NCBI GenBank assembly: GCA_024636575.1 | Contig: JAGXGU010000098.1 | Span: 1 to 33,807, forward strand | DNA: 33,807 nt | Source: Altererythrobacter sp. | GTDB lineage: Bacteria; Pseudomonadota; Alphaproteobacteria; Sphingomonadales; Sphingomonadaceae | Reading direction: 5' to 3' | Part shown: in pieces, positions 19,363 to 29,268 of the stretch | How the letters are laid out: each line of letters begins with the position of its first letter | Numbering within the stretch: position 1 is the first letter of the stretch | Position numbers and translations under genes: made by a program | Notes under the pieces: model-generated | Databases searched by the model: none | What the model saw: only the letters and a program-made list of their open reading frames with translations | Told to the model about the DNA's origin: nothing

Positions 19363-20748
19363 CTATTCAGAGATAGCTGCGAGCATGTCACGGGTGAATG
19401 CAGCGATATCGAACCGCGTGCCGGCCGGATCTTCTCCTCGCCGGACGATCACGACATTGCGGCTGGGGACGATCACGACAAATTGCCCGCGATTGCCGAA
19501 TCCGGCAAAAGTGTCGGATGGAACTCCGTCCGACTGATTCAACAACCAGAACCCCGCTCCATAGCCGAACGGGCTGCCTTCGGGCTGCGGCCCCAACGGA
19601 CTTGATGCATATGTGACGAAGCCTTCCGGCAGCAGCCGTTCCCCGTTCCAGACGCCGTCCTTCAAATAAAACTGGCCCAGGCGGGCAAGATCACGCGCCG
19701 TGGACCAGACCTGGCTGGAAAGCACATAATTGCCGGTCCAGTCACGTTCCGCCACAGTATTATTCATACCAAGTGCGGCAAAAAATTCGGACGGCGGATG
19801 TGCTTTGAAACTTGGCTGAATCGATTTCACGGCCATCAGCGTGTCATTATTGGCATAGCGATAAACCGTTCCTGGCCGGTGAATGAGAGGCCATGTGGCC
19901 GCGCGCTCCTCCACCGTGGCACCGCCCCAGTAAACCGGATCGGTGCGATTGCCCGGCGTATCGGAATAGCGCCCCGATGCCATGCGCAGCAAATGATCGA
20001 GGGTGATGGCGCGGCGCGGGTCACCCACCGTATCCCATGCAGTCACAACGGCTGGGCCGGAGCCGTCTGTCGGCGGCGTCAGAGTCACTTCCCCGCGGTA
20101 GGCCGCTGCACCGACCAGCGTTGCTGCGATACTCTTGGCGACCGACCAGGTGCGTTGCGGAACGGACGGGCCGAAACCCGGTGCATATTGTTCACCGGTC
20201 AGCTTGCCGTGCCTGACTACTACAATAGCGGTGGTGCGGCCCCCTTCCCCATAGGCACCATTGAACGCATTGCCGGCCACATCGCTCCACAACCCGTCCT
20301 GCCAGTCCGCTTGCCAATCATCCCCATTCGCCGGTGATGCCCGCAAGGTGGGGACTGGCGGCGGTCCACCCATAATGGGCAGGATCGAACACCCTTGCTG
20401 CGAATTGTGGATCGCAATGCGCGGCATGGTATCGGGCGCATATTCCACTTCAACCTGAACAACCTGCGATGCGACATTCTTGCCGCCGGGCGAACGAACG
20501 ATCTTGTACGGCAAATCTGCGACGACCCGGGATTGCGGATCCTGAATGCCGGCCAGCTCCCATTCGATCACGCTCTCGGGACTTCGCTGCGCACCCGCGC
20601 GATCGGCATTGGCAATCGCCCCGCACAGCATCAGTGCCTTGTATCCTGCGGCCAGCGCCCGGTCATAACGGGATATTTCAGGCTGGTCCTGCGCAGACAA
20701 CGGAGCGGCGGAGATGGCCAGCGCGGCGGCGGTCAGGAGTTTTTTCAT
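19363..20748 (-). CDS. Serine hydrolase, beta-lactamase class C-like family, secreted
   Basis: Signal peptide MKKLLTAAALAISAAPLSA; SxxK (WSVAKS), YxN (YANN), LLRMASG, ARDLARLGQ, GNRGQ. Confidence 0.9.
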   Translation of the reverse strand: MKKLLTAAALAISAAPLSAQDQPEISRYDRALAAGYKALMLCGAIANADRAGAQRSPESVIEWELAGIQDPQSRVVADLPYKIVRSPGGKNVASQVVQVEVEYAPDTMPRIAIHNSQQGCSILPIMGGPPPVPTLRASPANGDDWQADWQDGLWSDVAGNAFNGAYGEGGRTTAIVVVRHGKLTGEQYAPGFGPSVPQRTWSVAKSIAATLVGAAAYRGEVTLTPPTDGSGPAVVTAWDTVGDPRRAITLDHLLRMASGRYSDTPGNRTDPVYWGGATVEERAATWPLIHRPGTVYRYANNDTLMAVKSIQPSFKAHPPSEFFAALGMNNTVAERDWTGNYVLSSQVWSTARDLARLGQFYLKDGVWNGERLLPEGFVTYASSPLGPQPEGSPFGYGAGFWLLNQSDGVPSDTFAGFGNRGQFVVIVPSRNVVIVRRGEDPAGTRFDIAAFTRDMLAAISE

Positions 20749-20754
20749 CCGGCG

Positions 20755-20783
20755 TATCTGGCCCGCCAATCCCCCGCTGTCAA
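20755..20783 (-). promoter_or_regulatory. Putative sigma70 promoter for serine hydrolase
   Basis: TTGACA (20783-20778), 17-nt spacer, degenerate -10 CAGATA (20760-20755). Confidence 0.5.
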
Positions 20784-20796
20784 AACCCAATTGTGC

Positions 20797-20829
20797 AAAC
20801 AAAAAGGGCCGGAGGTTTCCCCCCGGCCC
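20797..20829 (-). terminator. Rho-independent terminator of the alpha operon
   Basis: GGGCCGG...CCGGCCC followed by TTTTTGTTT, about 30 nt after rplQ stop. Confidence 0.85.
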
Positions 20830-20857
20830 GCTTGGTAATCATGCTGAAGATCGCGAT

Positions 20858-21283
20858 TTATGCGCCTTCGTATTCTTCTTCGTTCTGGTTCATCGCCGGA
20901 CCACTGTCCTTGCCGCGTGCATCGACATCGCGGTCAACAAATTCAATGATTGCCATTTGCGAAGCATCGCCGGCACGGAAGCCGGCCTTGATGATCCGCA
21001 GATAGCCGCCTTCACGGTTTGCATAGCGTGCGCCCAGCGTGTCGAACAGCTTCTTGACCTGTGTATCGTCATTCATACGGGCGGCCGCAAGACGGCGATT
21101 GGACAGGCCGCCACGCTTTGCCAGCGTAATCAGCTTTTCAACATAGGGACGCAGTTCCTTGGCTTTCGGCAAGGTGGTCTGGATCTGCTCATGCTTGACC
21201 AGCGCATCGGCCATGTTGCGGAACAGGGCCTTGCGGTGGCCCGATTTACGGCTGAGCTTACGCTGTGAAATACCGTGACGCAT
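20858..21283 (-). CDS. rplQ: 50S ribosomal protein L17
   Basis: [24 protein letters not shown]...[10 protein letters not shown]. Confidence 0.98.
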   Translation of the reverse strand: MRHGISQRKLSRKSGHRKALFRNMADALVKHEQIQTTLPKAKELRPYVEKLITLAKRGGLSNRRLAAARMNDDTQVKKLFDTLGARYANREGGYLRIIKAGFRAGDASQMAIIEFVDRDVDARGKDSGPAMNQNEEEYEGA

Positions 21284-21363
21284 ATGTTTTACTCCGTTCG
21301 ATAGGGGCCCGTATCAGGTAGCCCAAAGCTGGCGGCGCTTAAGGTGCGCCGCCGCAACCTGGA

Positions 21364-22419
21364 TCAGCCCAGCAGCTCTTGTTCGAGCTTCTTGGCCATT
21401 TCTTCGATATTCTCAGGCGGCCATCCAGGGATGTCCATGCCCAGGCGCAGGCCCATGCTCGACAGCACTTCCTTGATTTCGTTCAAGGACTTGCGGCCGA
21501 AATTCGGCGTCCGCAGCATTTCGGCTTCGGTCTTCTGAACCAGATCACCGATGTAGATGATGTTGTCGTTCTTGAGGCAGTTTGCCGAACGGACCGACAG
21601 TTCCAACTCGTCCACCTTCTTGAGAAGGTAACGGTTCAGCTGGTTCGCGTCGGATTCTTCCGGCGCGGCAGCCATGCCGATCATCTGGCCTTGCGGCTGC
21701 GGAATGCCTTCTTCGAAGTGGACGAACAGGGACAGTTGATCCTGCAGGATGCGCGCAGCATAGGCCACGGCATCTTCCGGGGTGATCGTACCGTCGGTTT
21801 CGATCGTCAAATTGAGCTTGTCATAGTCCAATTCCTGACCAACGCGGGCGGCATCGACCTTGTAACTGACCTGACGCACTGGCGAATAGAGCGAATCAAC
21901 CGGGATCAGGCCAATCGGCGCATCAATCGGACGGTTGGCCACAGCCGGAACATAGCCGCTGCCGGTGTCGGCAGTCAGTTCCATGTTGAAAGTGGCGCCA
22001 TCATCGAGATGGCAGATCACCAGATCCTTGTTCATCACTTCGATATCACCGGAAACGGCAATATCGCCAGCCTTGACTGTGGCCGGGCCGGTTGCGGAAA
22101 GCTGCAGACGCTTGGGGCCTTCGCCTTCCATGCGCAGGGCAATCTGCTTGACGTTCAGGACGATGTCGGTGACATCTTCGCGCACGCCGGCCAGTGACGA
22201 GAATTCGTGCAGCACGTTTTCGATCTTGATCGACGTGATTGCGGCACCTTGCAACGATGATAGCAGCACGCGGCGCAGCGCGTTACCAAGCGTCAGGCCG
22301 TAACCGCGTTCGAGCGGTTCAGCGACAAAAGTGGTCTTGCGCTTGCCTTCGCCACCATCCTTGATTTCAAGGCTGTTGGGTTTCTTGAGTTCCTGCCAGT
22401 TCTTGGTGTTGACGGACAT
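21364..22419 (-). CDS. rpoA: RNA polymerase subunit alpha
   Basis: [46 protein letters not shown]. Confidence 0.99.
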   Translation of the reverse strand: MSVNTKNWQELKKPNSLEIKDGGEGKRKTTFVAEPLERGYGLTLGNALRRVLLSSLQGAAITSIKIENVLHEFSSLAGVREDVTDIVLNVKQIALRMEGEGPKRLQLSATGPATVKAGDIAVSGDIEVMNKDLVICHLDDGATFNMELTADTGSGYVPAVANRPIDAPIGLIPVDSLYSPVRQVSYKVDAARVGQELDYDKLNLTIETDGTITPEDAVAYAARILQDQLSLFVHFEEGIPQPQGQMIGMAAAPEESDANQLNRYLLKKVDELELSVRSANCLKNDNIIYIGDLVQKTEAEMLRTPNFGRKSLNEIKEVLSSMGLRLGMDIPGWPPENIEEMAKKLEQELLG

Positions 22420-22539
22420 GGATTTCCCCTGGAGTTCAGTTCGGGCGGGATCGGTGCGGCGACCTGGTGGTCAAAACCCGCGGCCGATCCTTGAAAACAC
22501 GGCAGCTTGTGATCATTCACAAACTGCCGAGAAGGCGGA

Positions 22540-22929
22540 TTAGACGCGGCGCCGCTTGGACGGGCGGACCCCGTTGTGCGGTATCGGCGTAACGTCACGG
22601 ATCGATGTGATCGTGAAGCCTACAGCCTGAAGGGCACGCAGCGCGCTTTCGCGGCCGGAACCCGGACCTTTGACTTCGACTTCCAGGGTCCGCACGCCGT
22701 GTTCGGCGGCTTTCTTGCCGGCATCGTCCGCAGCCACCTGAGCGGCGTATGGAGTCGACTTGCGGCTTCCCTTGAAGCCCATCGCGCCTGCACTGGACCA
22801 GCTGATAGCATTGCCCTGTGCATCGGTGATGGTGATCATGGTGTTATTGAAGCTGGCGTTTACGTGCGCAACGCCGCTGGAAATATTTTTCCGCTCGCGG
22901 CGCCTGATGCGCTGTGGTTCGCGTGCCAT
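22540..22929 (-). CDS. rpsK: 30S ribosomal protein S11
   Basis: [32 protein letters not shown]. Confidence 0.99.
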   Translation of the reverse strand: MAREPQRIRRRERKNISSGVAHVNASFNNTMITITDAQGNAISWSSAGAMGFKGSRKSTPYAAQVAADDAGKKAAEHGVRTLEVEVKGPGSGRESALRALQAVGFTITSIRDVTPIPHNGVRPSKRRRV

Positions 22930-22989
22930 GGTATCTTTATCCTGTTCTTATAAGAAGGTGAGGTAAGTAGGTCGCCAAAAGGCAGCTGC

Positions 22990-23358
22990 TTACTTCTTCT
23001 TGCCCGCGATAGCCTTTGCCTTACCCTTGCGGGTACGGGCATTGGTGTGGGTGCGCTGGCCGCGGACCGGAAGGCCCTTGCGGTGACGCAACCCGCGGTA
23101 TGATGCCAGATCCATCAAGCGCTTGATATTCATCGCAGTCGTGCGACGAAGATCACCCTCAACGGCATGTTCGGCGTCAATCGTTTCGCGGATCTGAAGG
23201 ATTTCCGCATCCGAGAGGTCCTGAACGCGGCGGGCATGGTCAATACCCAATTTGTCCGCAATCCGGACCGCCGTGGTGCGGCCGATACCGTGAATATAGG
23301 TAAGCGCGATAATAACGCGCTTGTTGGTGGGGATATTTACCCCGGCAATACGTGCCAC
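22990..23358 (-). CDS. rpsM: 30S ribosomal protein S13
   Basis: [36 protein letters not shown]; GTG start with GGAG SD. Confidence 0.99.
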   Translation of the reverse strand: MARIAGVNIPTNKRVIIALTYIHGIGRTTAVRIADKLGIDHARRVQDLSDAEILQIRETIDAEHAVEGDLRRTTAMNIKRLMDLASYRGLRHRKGLPVRGQRTHTNARTRKGKAKAIAGKKK

Positions 23359-23551
23359 TTACTTCTCCATGCTCCACAGGGAAACGTGCGGATTTTCCGG
23401 ACATCGGAAAGGGCACGCCCCTATCTCATCGCTACAAAATCACCGGAATTACAAAGAATTGAAACAGAAAAAGCCCGGATGGCGCGCTCAATGGCTACCG
23501 CCTGCCGGACAATCCTTGCCTTCGATTACCGTAATCCTCGAATGAATGCCG

Positions 23552-23580
23552 CGCTTAAGACGATTCTTGCAGCGCGTCAA
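23552..23580 (-). promoter_or_regulatory. Putative promoter of the rpsM operon
   Basis: TTGACG-17 nt-TAAGCG on minus strand. Confidence 0.5.
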
Positions 23581-23704
23581 CCCGTAAGCACGCGAAGGTG
23601 CCTACGCCCCATAAAGTAGGAGGCGTGCCGGTTGTTTCAAGACTGTTGGTACCATTTGCCCGGTACTGTGCAACCCCTAGCTTCCGGCACGCCTTGTATT
23701 TGGA

Positions 23705-25060
23705 TCAGACGACCCCGAATGCCAGCATCGCATCGGCAACCTTCTTGAAGCCCGCAATATTCGCGCCCTTCACATAATCGACATAGCCATCGCCCTGGTC
23801 GCCATAGGCAATGCAGCGCCCGTGGATGCCCTGCATGATGTCGAGCAGCATTTGCTGCAGCTCTTCCTCTTTCCAGGATCGGCGCTCCGAATTCTGGCTC
23901 ATCTCCAGGCCCGAAACCGCAACGCCGCCAGCATTGGCGGCCTTGCCCGGCGCGAACATGATTTTCGCATGTTTGAACACATGGGTGCCTGCCAGCGTAG
24001 TCGGCATATTTGCGCCCTCAGCTACTGCGATGCAGCCATTGGCCACCAGCGCCCGCGCCTCTGCCTCGTCCAGTTCGTTCTGCGTGGCGCAAGGCAGGGC
24101 GAGATCGCATTTGACGTGCCACGGGCGCTTGCCTTCGTGGAAGGTCGCGCCCTTGAACTCATCGGCATATTCGCTGATCCGACCGCGCCGATGTGTCTTG
24201 TGCGCCTTGATCCAGTCAATCTTTTCCTGACTGATGCCATCTGGATCATGGATGAAGCCGCCCGAATCCGACATGGTGACAACCTTGCCGCCTAGCTGGG
24301 TGATCTTTTCCGCGGCATGGGTTGCCACGTTGCCCGAACCGGAAATGACCGCCGTCTTGCCCTTCACTTCGTCCCCGCGGTGCTTGAGCATTTCCTGCAT
24401 GAAATAGACCGCGCCGTAACCCGTCGCTTCCGGACGGATCATGGACCCGCCATATTCCATGCCCTTGCCTGTCAACACGCCGGTGAAATGGTTGGTAATC
24501 CGCTTGTACTGGCCGAACATATAGCCGATTTCGCGTCCGCCGACGCCGATGTCGCCTGCCGGCACATCCACATCCGCGCCGATATGGCGGTACAGTTCGG
24601 TCATGAAGCTCTGGCAGAACCGCATGACTTCGCGGTCTGACTTGCCCTTGGGGTTGAAGTTGGATCCGCCCTTCCCGCCGCCCATTGGCAGGCCGGTGAG
24701 GGCATTCTTGAACGTCTGTTCGAATGCGAGGAATTTCAGCACGCTTTCATTCACGCTGGGGTGAAAACGCAAGCCGCCTTTATAGGGGCCGATGGCATTA
24801 TTGTTCTGGACGCGCCAACCGCGCTGAACACGGATGTTGCCCGCGTCGTCTTCCCAGCAAACCCGAAAACTGACCACCCGGTCCGGCTCGGAAATGCGGC
24901 GGAGTATCTGCTGGGAGTGATAGGCTTCCTTATCTTCCATGAAATCGAAGATATCTTCTGCCACTTCCTGCACCGCCTGGGTGAATTCCGGCTGGTGCGG
25001 GTTGCGGCGCTTCACGCCCTCCATAAACGTATTGAAGTCAACGTGATCGGATACTGCCAT
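23705..25060 (-). CDS. gdhA: NADP-specific glutamate dehydrogenase
   Basis: GPYKGGLRFHPSVN, LPMGGGKGG, DVPAGDIGVG, RPEATGYG, SGSGNVA, KAANAGGVAVSGLEM; AGGAGG SD. Confidence 0.96.
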   Translation of the reverse strand: MAVSDHVDFNTFMEGVKRRNPHQPEFTQAVQEVAEDIFDFMEDKEAYHSQQILRRISEPDRVVSFRVCWEDDAGNIRVQRGWRVQNNNAIGPYKGGLRFHPSVNESVLKFLAFEQTFKNALTGLPMGGGKGGSNFNPKGKSDREVMRFCQSFMTELYRHIGADVDVPAGDIGVGGREIGYMFGQYKRITNHFTGVLTGKGMEYGGSMIRPEATGYGAVYFMQEMLKHRGDEVKGKTAVISGSGNVATHAAEKITQLGGKVVTMSDSGGFIHDPDGISQEKIDWIKAHKTHRRGRISEYADEFKGATFHEGKRPWHVKCDLALPCATQNELDEAEARALVANGCIAVAEGANMPTTLAGTHVFKHAKIMFAPGKAANAGGVAVSGLEMSQNSERRSWKEEELQQMLLDIMQGIHGRCIAYGDQGDGYVDYVKGANIAGFKKVADAMLAFGVV

Positions 25061-25259
25061 GATCGCCCCCTCCTAGGTACGCGGGTGAAGTGATACCACC
25101 CGGATTGAATGTGCGACCGAAACTGGCGGGGCAGCGTGCTCAACACGAACCGGCCCTCTGTTATTGGCGGCACTCTAGCGGCGAATTCCCGCCGCGCAAT
25201 GGGGTCGGAATTTACAGGCATGAGAAGGCGCGCGTAGAGGGATAAGCGCCCGCGCAGAA

Positions 25260-26018
25260 CTATTCTTCGGTGATCGGTTCTTCAGTAATCTGCCCGAAGG
25301 CTTCATCCACTGACACAGCTTTCCTGACGGGTGCATCAGGCGCGGGCTTCCCTGTTGGCGCGGCTGAGGCCGGCCCTGCCTCCACATCGCCCTGTTGGGC
25401 ATTGTCTTCTGCGCCCGCTTCTGCGCCCGCTTCTGGCCCGTTTTTTCCGCGTGCCGGTGCCACAGGGCCGAGCAATCTTGCAAGACCGGCCAACTGCTGG
25501 TTCATCACCCCGTCGACCGCCTTGGCAATCTCTGCCGTCCCAAAGCGCATATAACCGCCGACGACATATTCGAAAACAATCACCGTCCCTTTATCCGAAG
25601 GGGTGAGAGTGATCGTGAGAACTCCGTCCGCCGGCTCGCTCTGCAGTGGGCCCAATGCGCCGCGCATGCGCAGGACCTTCGCCGGATCGGCCAATACCAC
25701 GGTCATGTGATGTGCGCTGCCCCGGCGGATACCTTCCGGCGCATCTATTGGAACGGGCAACAATTCGCAGAAACACCCGCCAGCCTGCGCACTGATATAG
25801 AGATTTTCCGCATCGGCAGACCAGGTATGGCTGCTGTTCCACCATTTAGACGGGGTGATCAGCGCCTGCCATGCCTCGAACGGATCGGCTTTTACCACCA
25901 CCGCATTGCGGGTTACGAAGCTGCCCTCGCCCTGATTGATAACCTCCGCCGATACAGGCTGGGCGAATAGCAATGGCGCCGCGCAGGCGGCAATCAGGGC
26001 GAACGAAAATCTCTGCAT
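25260..26018 (-). CDS. SRPBCC-family protein with signal peptide
   Basis: MQRFSFALIAACAAPLLFAQ; PSKWWNSSHTWS...AGGCFCE...LRMRGALGPLQ...YVVGGY...VDGVMNQQL; low-complexity tail. Confidence 0.75.
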   Translation of the reverse strand: MQRFSFALIAACAAPLLFAQPVSAEVINQGEGSFVTRNAVVVKADPFEAWQALITPSKWWNSSHTWSADAENLYISAQAGGCFCELLPVPIDAPEGIRRGSAHHMTVVLADPAKVLRMRGALGPLQSEPADGVLTITLTPSDKGTVIVFEYVVGGYMRFGTAEIAKAVDGVMNQQLAGLARLLGPVAPARGKNGPEAGAEAGAEDNAQQGDVEAGPASAAPTGKPAPDAPVRKAVSVDEAFGQITEEPITEE

Positions 26019-26117
26019 CTCAGGCACCTTTGCTGGCCAACCCATTTATCCCTGCGGTTATTCCACGGCACGGGGCATAGGCCAAGAGGCGATCAGAATA
26101 TTCGCGGTGCACAGCCT

Positions 26118-26157
26118 GGCCAGAATGCCTCAGGCCAGAATGCCTCAGGCCAGAATG
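26118..26157. repeat. 15-bp tandem repeat (about 2.7 copies) spanning the adk stop
   Basis: GGCCAGAATGCCTCA x2 + GGCCAGAATG. Confidence 0.9.
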
Positions 26158-26789
26158 GCGTCGAGCGCGGCGGTCACTTCTTCGATCCTGGCCATGCCAT
26201 CAACCCGGCTCACGATCCCGCGTGCTTCATAGATTGGCAGGATCGGCGCTGTCTTGGCCCGATATTCCTCCATCCGCATACGGACGGTTTCTTCATTATC
26301 ATCGGGGCGGCGCTTGAATTCGGTGCTGCCGCATTTGTCGCATACGCCATCGACTATCGGCAATTTGTGGCGATCATGGTAGCCCGCACCGCAATTGGCG
26401 CAGGTGAAGCGGCCGGTGATCCGGTCGATCAGGGCATCTTCGTTCACTTCCAATTCGATCACGTGGTCGAGCCTGCGGCCATGGCGCTCGAGGATTTCCT
26501 CCAGCGATTTCGCCTGCTGCTTTGTCCGGGGATAACCGTCGAAGATCGCGCCGGTACCACCCCCCATTGCAGTCAGTTCGGCATCGATCAGGGCGGAAAC
26601 TATCTCGTCCGACACCAGCTCGCCCCGTTCCATCACCGACTTTGCCTCAAGCCCGACCGGCGTTCCGGCTTTAACCGCCTCGCGCAGCATGTCGCCGGTG
26701 GAAAGCTGGCGCATGCCATATTGTTCCACCAGGCGGGAAGCCTGTGTGCCTTTACCAGCGCCAGGAGGCCCCAAAAGGATGATATTCAC
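26145..26789 (-). CDS. adk: Adenylate kinase (Cys4 LID)
   Basis: GTG start; NIILLGPPGAGKGTQ, STGDMLR, FDGYPRT, CANC...CDKC, RRPDDN. Confidence 0.97.
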   Translation of the reverse strand: MNIILLGPPGAGKGTQASRLVEQYGMRQLSTGDMLREAVKAGTPVGLEAKSVMERGELVSDEIVSALIDAELTAMGGGTGAIFDGYPRTKQQAKSLEEILERHGRRLDHVIELEVNEDALIDRITGRFTCANCGAGYHDRHKLPIVDGVCDKCGSTEFKRRPDDNEETVRMRMEEYRAKTAPILPIYEARGIVSRVDGMARIEEVTAALDAILA

Positions 26790-26829
26790 GGCAACAGCCC
26801 CCCACAAACCAGTCCGAACCCGTCGCGCA

Positions 26830-28194
26830 TCAGCGCGTACGGCCCTTCAATTTGGCTTTCTTGATCAGATCGCCATATTGGTGGGCGAGCAAATGCGATT
26901 GCACCTGGCTAATCGTATCAACGGTGACATTCACCACGATCAGCAGGCTGGTCCCGCCCAGGAACAGCGGAATGCCGGTTTGTGCGATGACATATTCCGG
27001 CAGCACGCAGACAAATGTCAGATATGCGGCACCGACAACCGTAATACGGGTCAGGACATAATCGAGATATTCGGCCGTGCGATTGCCCGGGCGAATTCCG
27101 GGAATGAACCCGCCATTCTTCTTCAAATTCTCGGCAGTTTCCTCCGGATTGAAGACAACTGCGGTATAGAAGAAGCAGAAGAAGATGATGCCGATGGCAT
27201 AGAGCGCCATATACAGTGGCTGGCCATGCTGCAGATATTGCAGGACCGACTGCAGGACCGCGCCACCGGTACTTTCAGTGTTGACAGAATTGCCGGCAAA
27301 CTGGGTGATCGTCAGCGGCAACAGCAATAGCGAACTGGCGAAGATCGGCGGAATCACACCTGCCGTGTTGATCTTCAGCGGCAGATGGCTGCGGTCCGCC
27401 TGCATCATGCCCTGGGCACTGGCGCGCTTGGGATACTGGATCAGCAATCGGCGCTGCGCCCGCTCCATGAAACAGATGAACAGGATCAGGCCGATTACCA
27501 TGGCGATGAAGAAGATGATCACCGCCGCGCTGATCGAGCCCGTGCGACCACCTTCGAACAAATTGGTCACAAAGGTCGGGAACTGGGCAACGATGCCCGC
27601 CATGATGATCAGCGAAACGCCGTTACCAATCCCGCGGCTGGTGATCTGCTCACCCAGCCACAGCAGGAACATGGTCCCGCCAACCAGGCTGATAACCGCG
27701 CCGATGCGGAACATGTAGCCGGTCTGGACCACGGCCTGCAGCCCGCTCTGCGCGCCGTAAGCTTCGAGCCCGGCGGCCAGGAACCAGCCCTGAATTGCAC
27801 ACAGGAACACGGTGCCGTAGCGGGTGTACTGGTTGAGTTTCTGGCGACCGGTCTGCCCTTCCTTCTTCAGCGCAGCGAGCGCCGGATGGAGGGATGAAGC
27901 CATTTGCACCACGATCGAAGCGGTAATATAGGGCATGACGCCAAGCGCAATCAGGCTCATCCGTTCCAGGCTGCCGCCGGAGAATGTGTTGAACAGATCG
28001 AGGATCCCGCCCCGGGTCTGGTCATACAACGTTTCCAGCACCAGCGGGTTTACCCCGGGCAGCGGAACGAAGCTGAGAAAGCGAAACACGATGAGCGCGC
28101 CGATCGTGAACCAGATACGGTTCTTGAGCTCGGTGGCTTTCGAGAAATTGGCGAGGCTTAGATTGCTCGCGATATTGTCGGCGCGTGATGCCAT
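26830..28194 (-). CDS. secY: Preprotein translocase SecY
   Basis: ALGVMPYITASI, WLGEQITSRGIGNGVSLII, GVIPPIFASS, FIPGIRPG, GGTSLLIVV. Confidence 0.99.
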   Translation of the reverse strand: MASRADNIASNLSLANFSKATELKNRIWFTIGALIVFRFLSFVPLPGVNPLVLETLYDQTRGGILDLFNTFSGGSLERMSLIALGVMPYITASIVVQMASSLHPALAALKKEGQTGRQKLNQYTRYGTVFLCAIQGWFLAAGLEAYGAQSGLQAVVQTGYMFRIGAVISLVGGTMFLLWLGEQITSRGIGNGVSLIIMAGIVAQFPTFVTNLFEGGRTGSISAAVIIFFIAMVIGLILFICFMERAQRRLLIQYPKRASAQGMMQADRSHLPLKINTAGVIPPIFASSLLLLPLTITQFAGNSVNTESTGGAVLQSVLQYLQHGQPLYMALYAIGIIFFCFFYTAVVFNPEETAENLKKNGGFIPGIRPGNRTAEYLDYVLTRITVVGAAYLTFVCVLPEYVIAQTGIPLFLGGTSLLIVVNVTVDTISQVQSHLLAHQYGDLIKKAKLKGRTR

Positions 28195-28395
28195 GATCTT
28201 GAGTGAGCCTTGACGTGTGTTAGCCGTTAATCGGGCACCGGATGATCCGGCCTTCGGTGGTCACATAAGGTGCCGCTGCCCGAATGTCGAACCCTGCACC
28301 CGCAAAAACCGGATATCCCGGCCAATTCAGGGGCCACTGTCCACAGGCATCATGCCCATTCCAGCAGCCCCGGACCTGGCCGGGACAAACGGTTT

Positions 28396-28929
28396 TTACT
28401 TCTTGTTCTTCTTTTCGAGGCGCTTGGCCGTCGCTTCAGCCTTCTTCGCCTTGACTTCAAGATTGGTCGGCAGGGTCACTTCGACCGAACCGCCTGCCTT
28501 CTCAACGGCTGCCACTGCGCCCTTCGATGCACCGGCGACGGAGAATTTGACCTTCTTGGTGGTCAGTTCGCCCTTGGCCAGCAAGCGCACGCCGTTCTTG
28601 CCGCCGCGCCCGAGGCCAGCTGCTTTCAAGGCTTCGTGATCGACCAATTTCGCCGCGTCCAACTTGCCCGCATCGATGAATTTCTGGACCATGCCCAGGT
28701 TCACTTCGGCAAAATCCTTGCCGAACGGGTTGTTGAAGCCGCGCTTCGGCAGACGCATGTGGAGCGGCATCTGGCCGCCTTCGAAGCCCTTTACGGCGAC
28801 GCCCGAACGGCTCTTCTGGCCCTTCTGGCCGCGGCCGGCAGTCTTGCCCTTGCCGGAACCGATACCCCGGCCCACGCGCATGCGTGACGGACGGGCGCCT
28901 TCGTTGTCGCGGATATCATTCAGTTTCAT
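28396..28929 (-). CDS. rplO: 50S ribosomal protein L15
   Basis: MKLNDI...[32 protein letters not shown]. Confidence 0.98.
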   Translation of the reverse strand: MKLNDIRDNEGARPSRMRVGRGIGSGKGKTAGRGQKGQKSRSGVAVKGFEGGQMPLHMRLPKRGFNNPFGKDFAEVNLGMVQKFIDAGKLDAAKLVDHEALKAAGLGRGGKNGVRLLAKGELTTKKVKFSVAGASKGAVAAVEKAGGSVEVTLPTNLEVKAKKAEATAKRLEKKNKK

Positions 28930-29062
28930 AATGTGCACTCGCTTTCGCTTTGTTCGCGCTGAAATGCCGGAAGGGCCGATTTGCCCCTGCGGCGGAAATG
29001 GAAGCGGCCCGGTACATGCCCGGGCCGCTGCAAGTCAATGAGCCAACATGATATCGGCTACC

Positions 29063-29263
29063 TCAATCGACGATCTGCACCATGTGGGGCAGCTTGGCGA
29101 TCGTGCCGCGAACTTCGGGGGTATCCTGAAGTGTCACGACCTTGTGCATCTTGTTCAAACCGAGACCGATCAACATCTGACGCTGCTTGTCCGGGCGGCG
29201 GATCGGCGAACCGATCTGTTTCAGGGTGATAGTCTTCCCAGTGGATTTCTTAGCATCAGCCAT
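29063..29263 (-). CDS. rpmD: 50S ribosomal protein L30
   Basis: QIGSPIRR...LGLNKMH...DTPEVRG. Confidence 0.97.
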   Translation of the reverse strand: MADAKKSTGKTITLKQIGSPIRRPDKQRQMLIGLGLNKMHKVVTLQDTPEVRGTIAKLPHMVQIVD

Positions 29264-29268
29264 CTGTC

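Noticed and set aside
19363-20748. Serine hydrolase as an antibiotic-resistance beta-lactamase
   Set aside because: SxxK and YxN are present but the KTG motif is not (GFG instead); the family is mostly esterases and amidases.
21331-21353. GGCGGCGC...GCGCCGCC hairpin between rpoA and rplQ
   Set aside because: Ordinary intercistronic stem; matches none of the three repeat families.
25406-25440. 12-bp repeat CTTCTGCGCCCG, about 3 copies, in the SRPBCC tail
   Set aside because: Short in-frame slippage in a disordered tail; no further signal.
26330-26405. Cys4 metal-binding LID in adenylate kinase
   Set aside because: Known Adk variant that also occurs in some Alphaproteobacteria.
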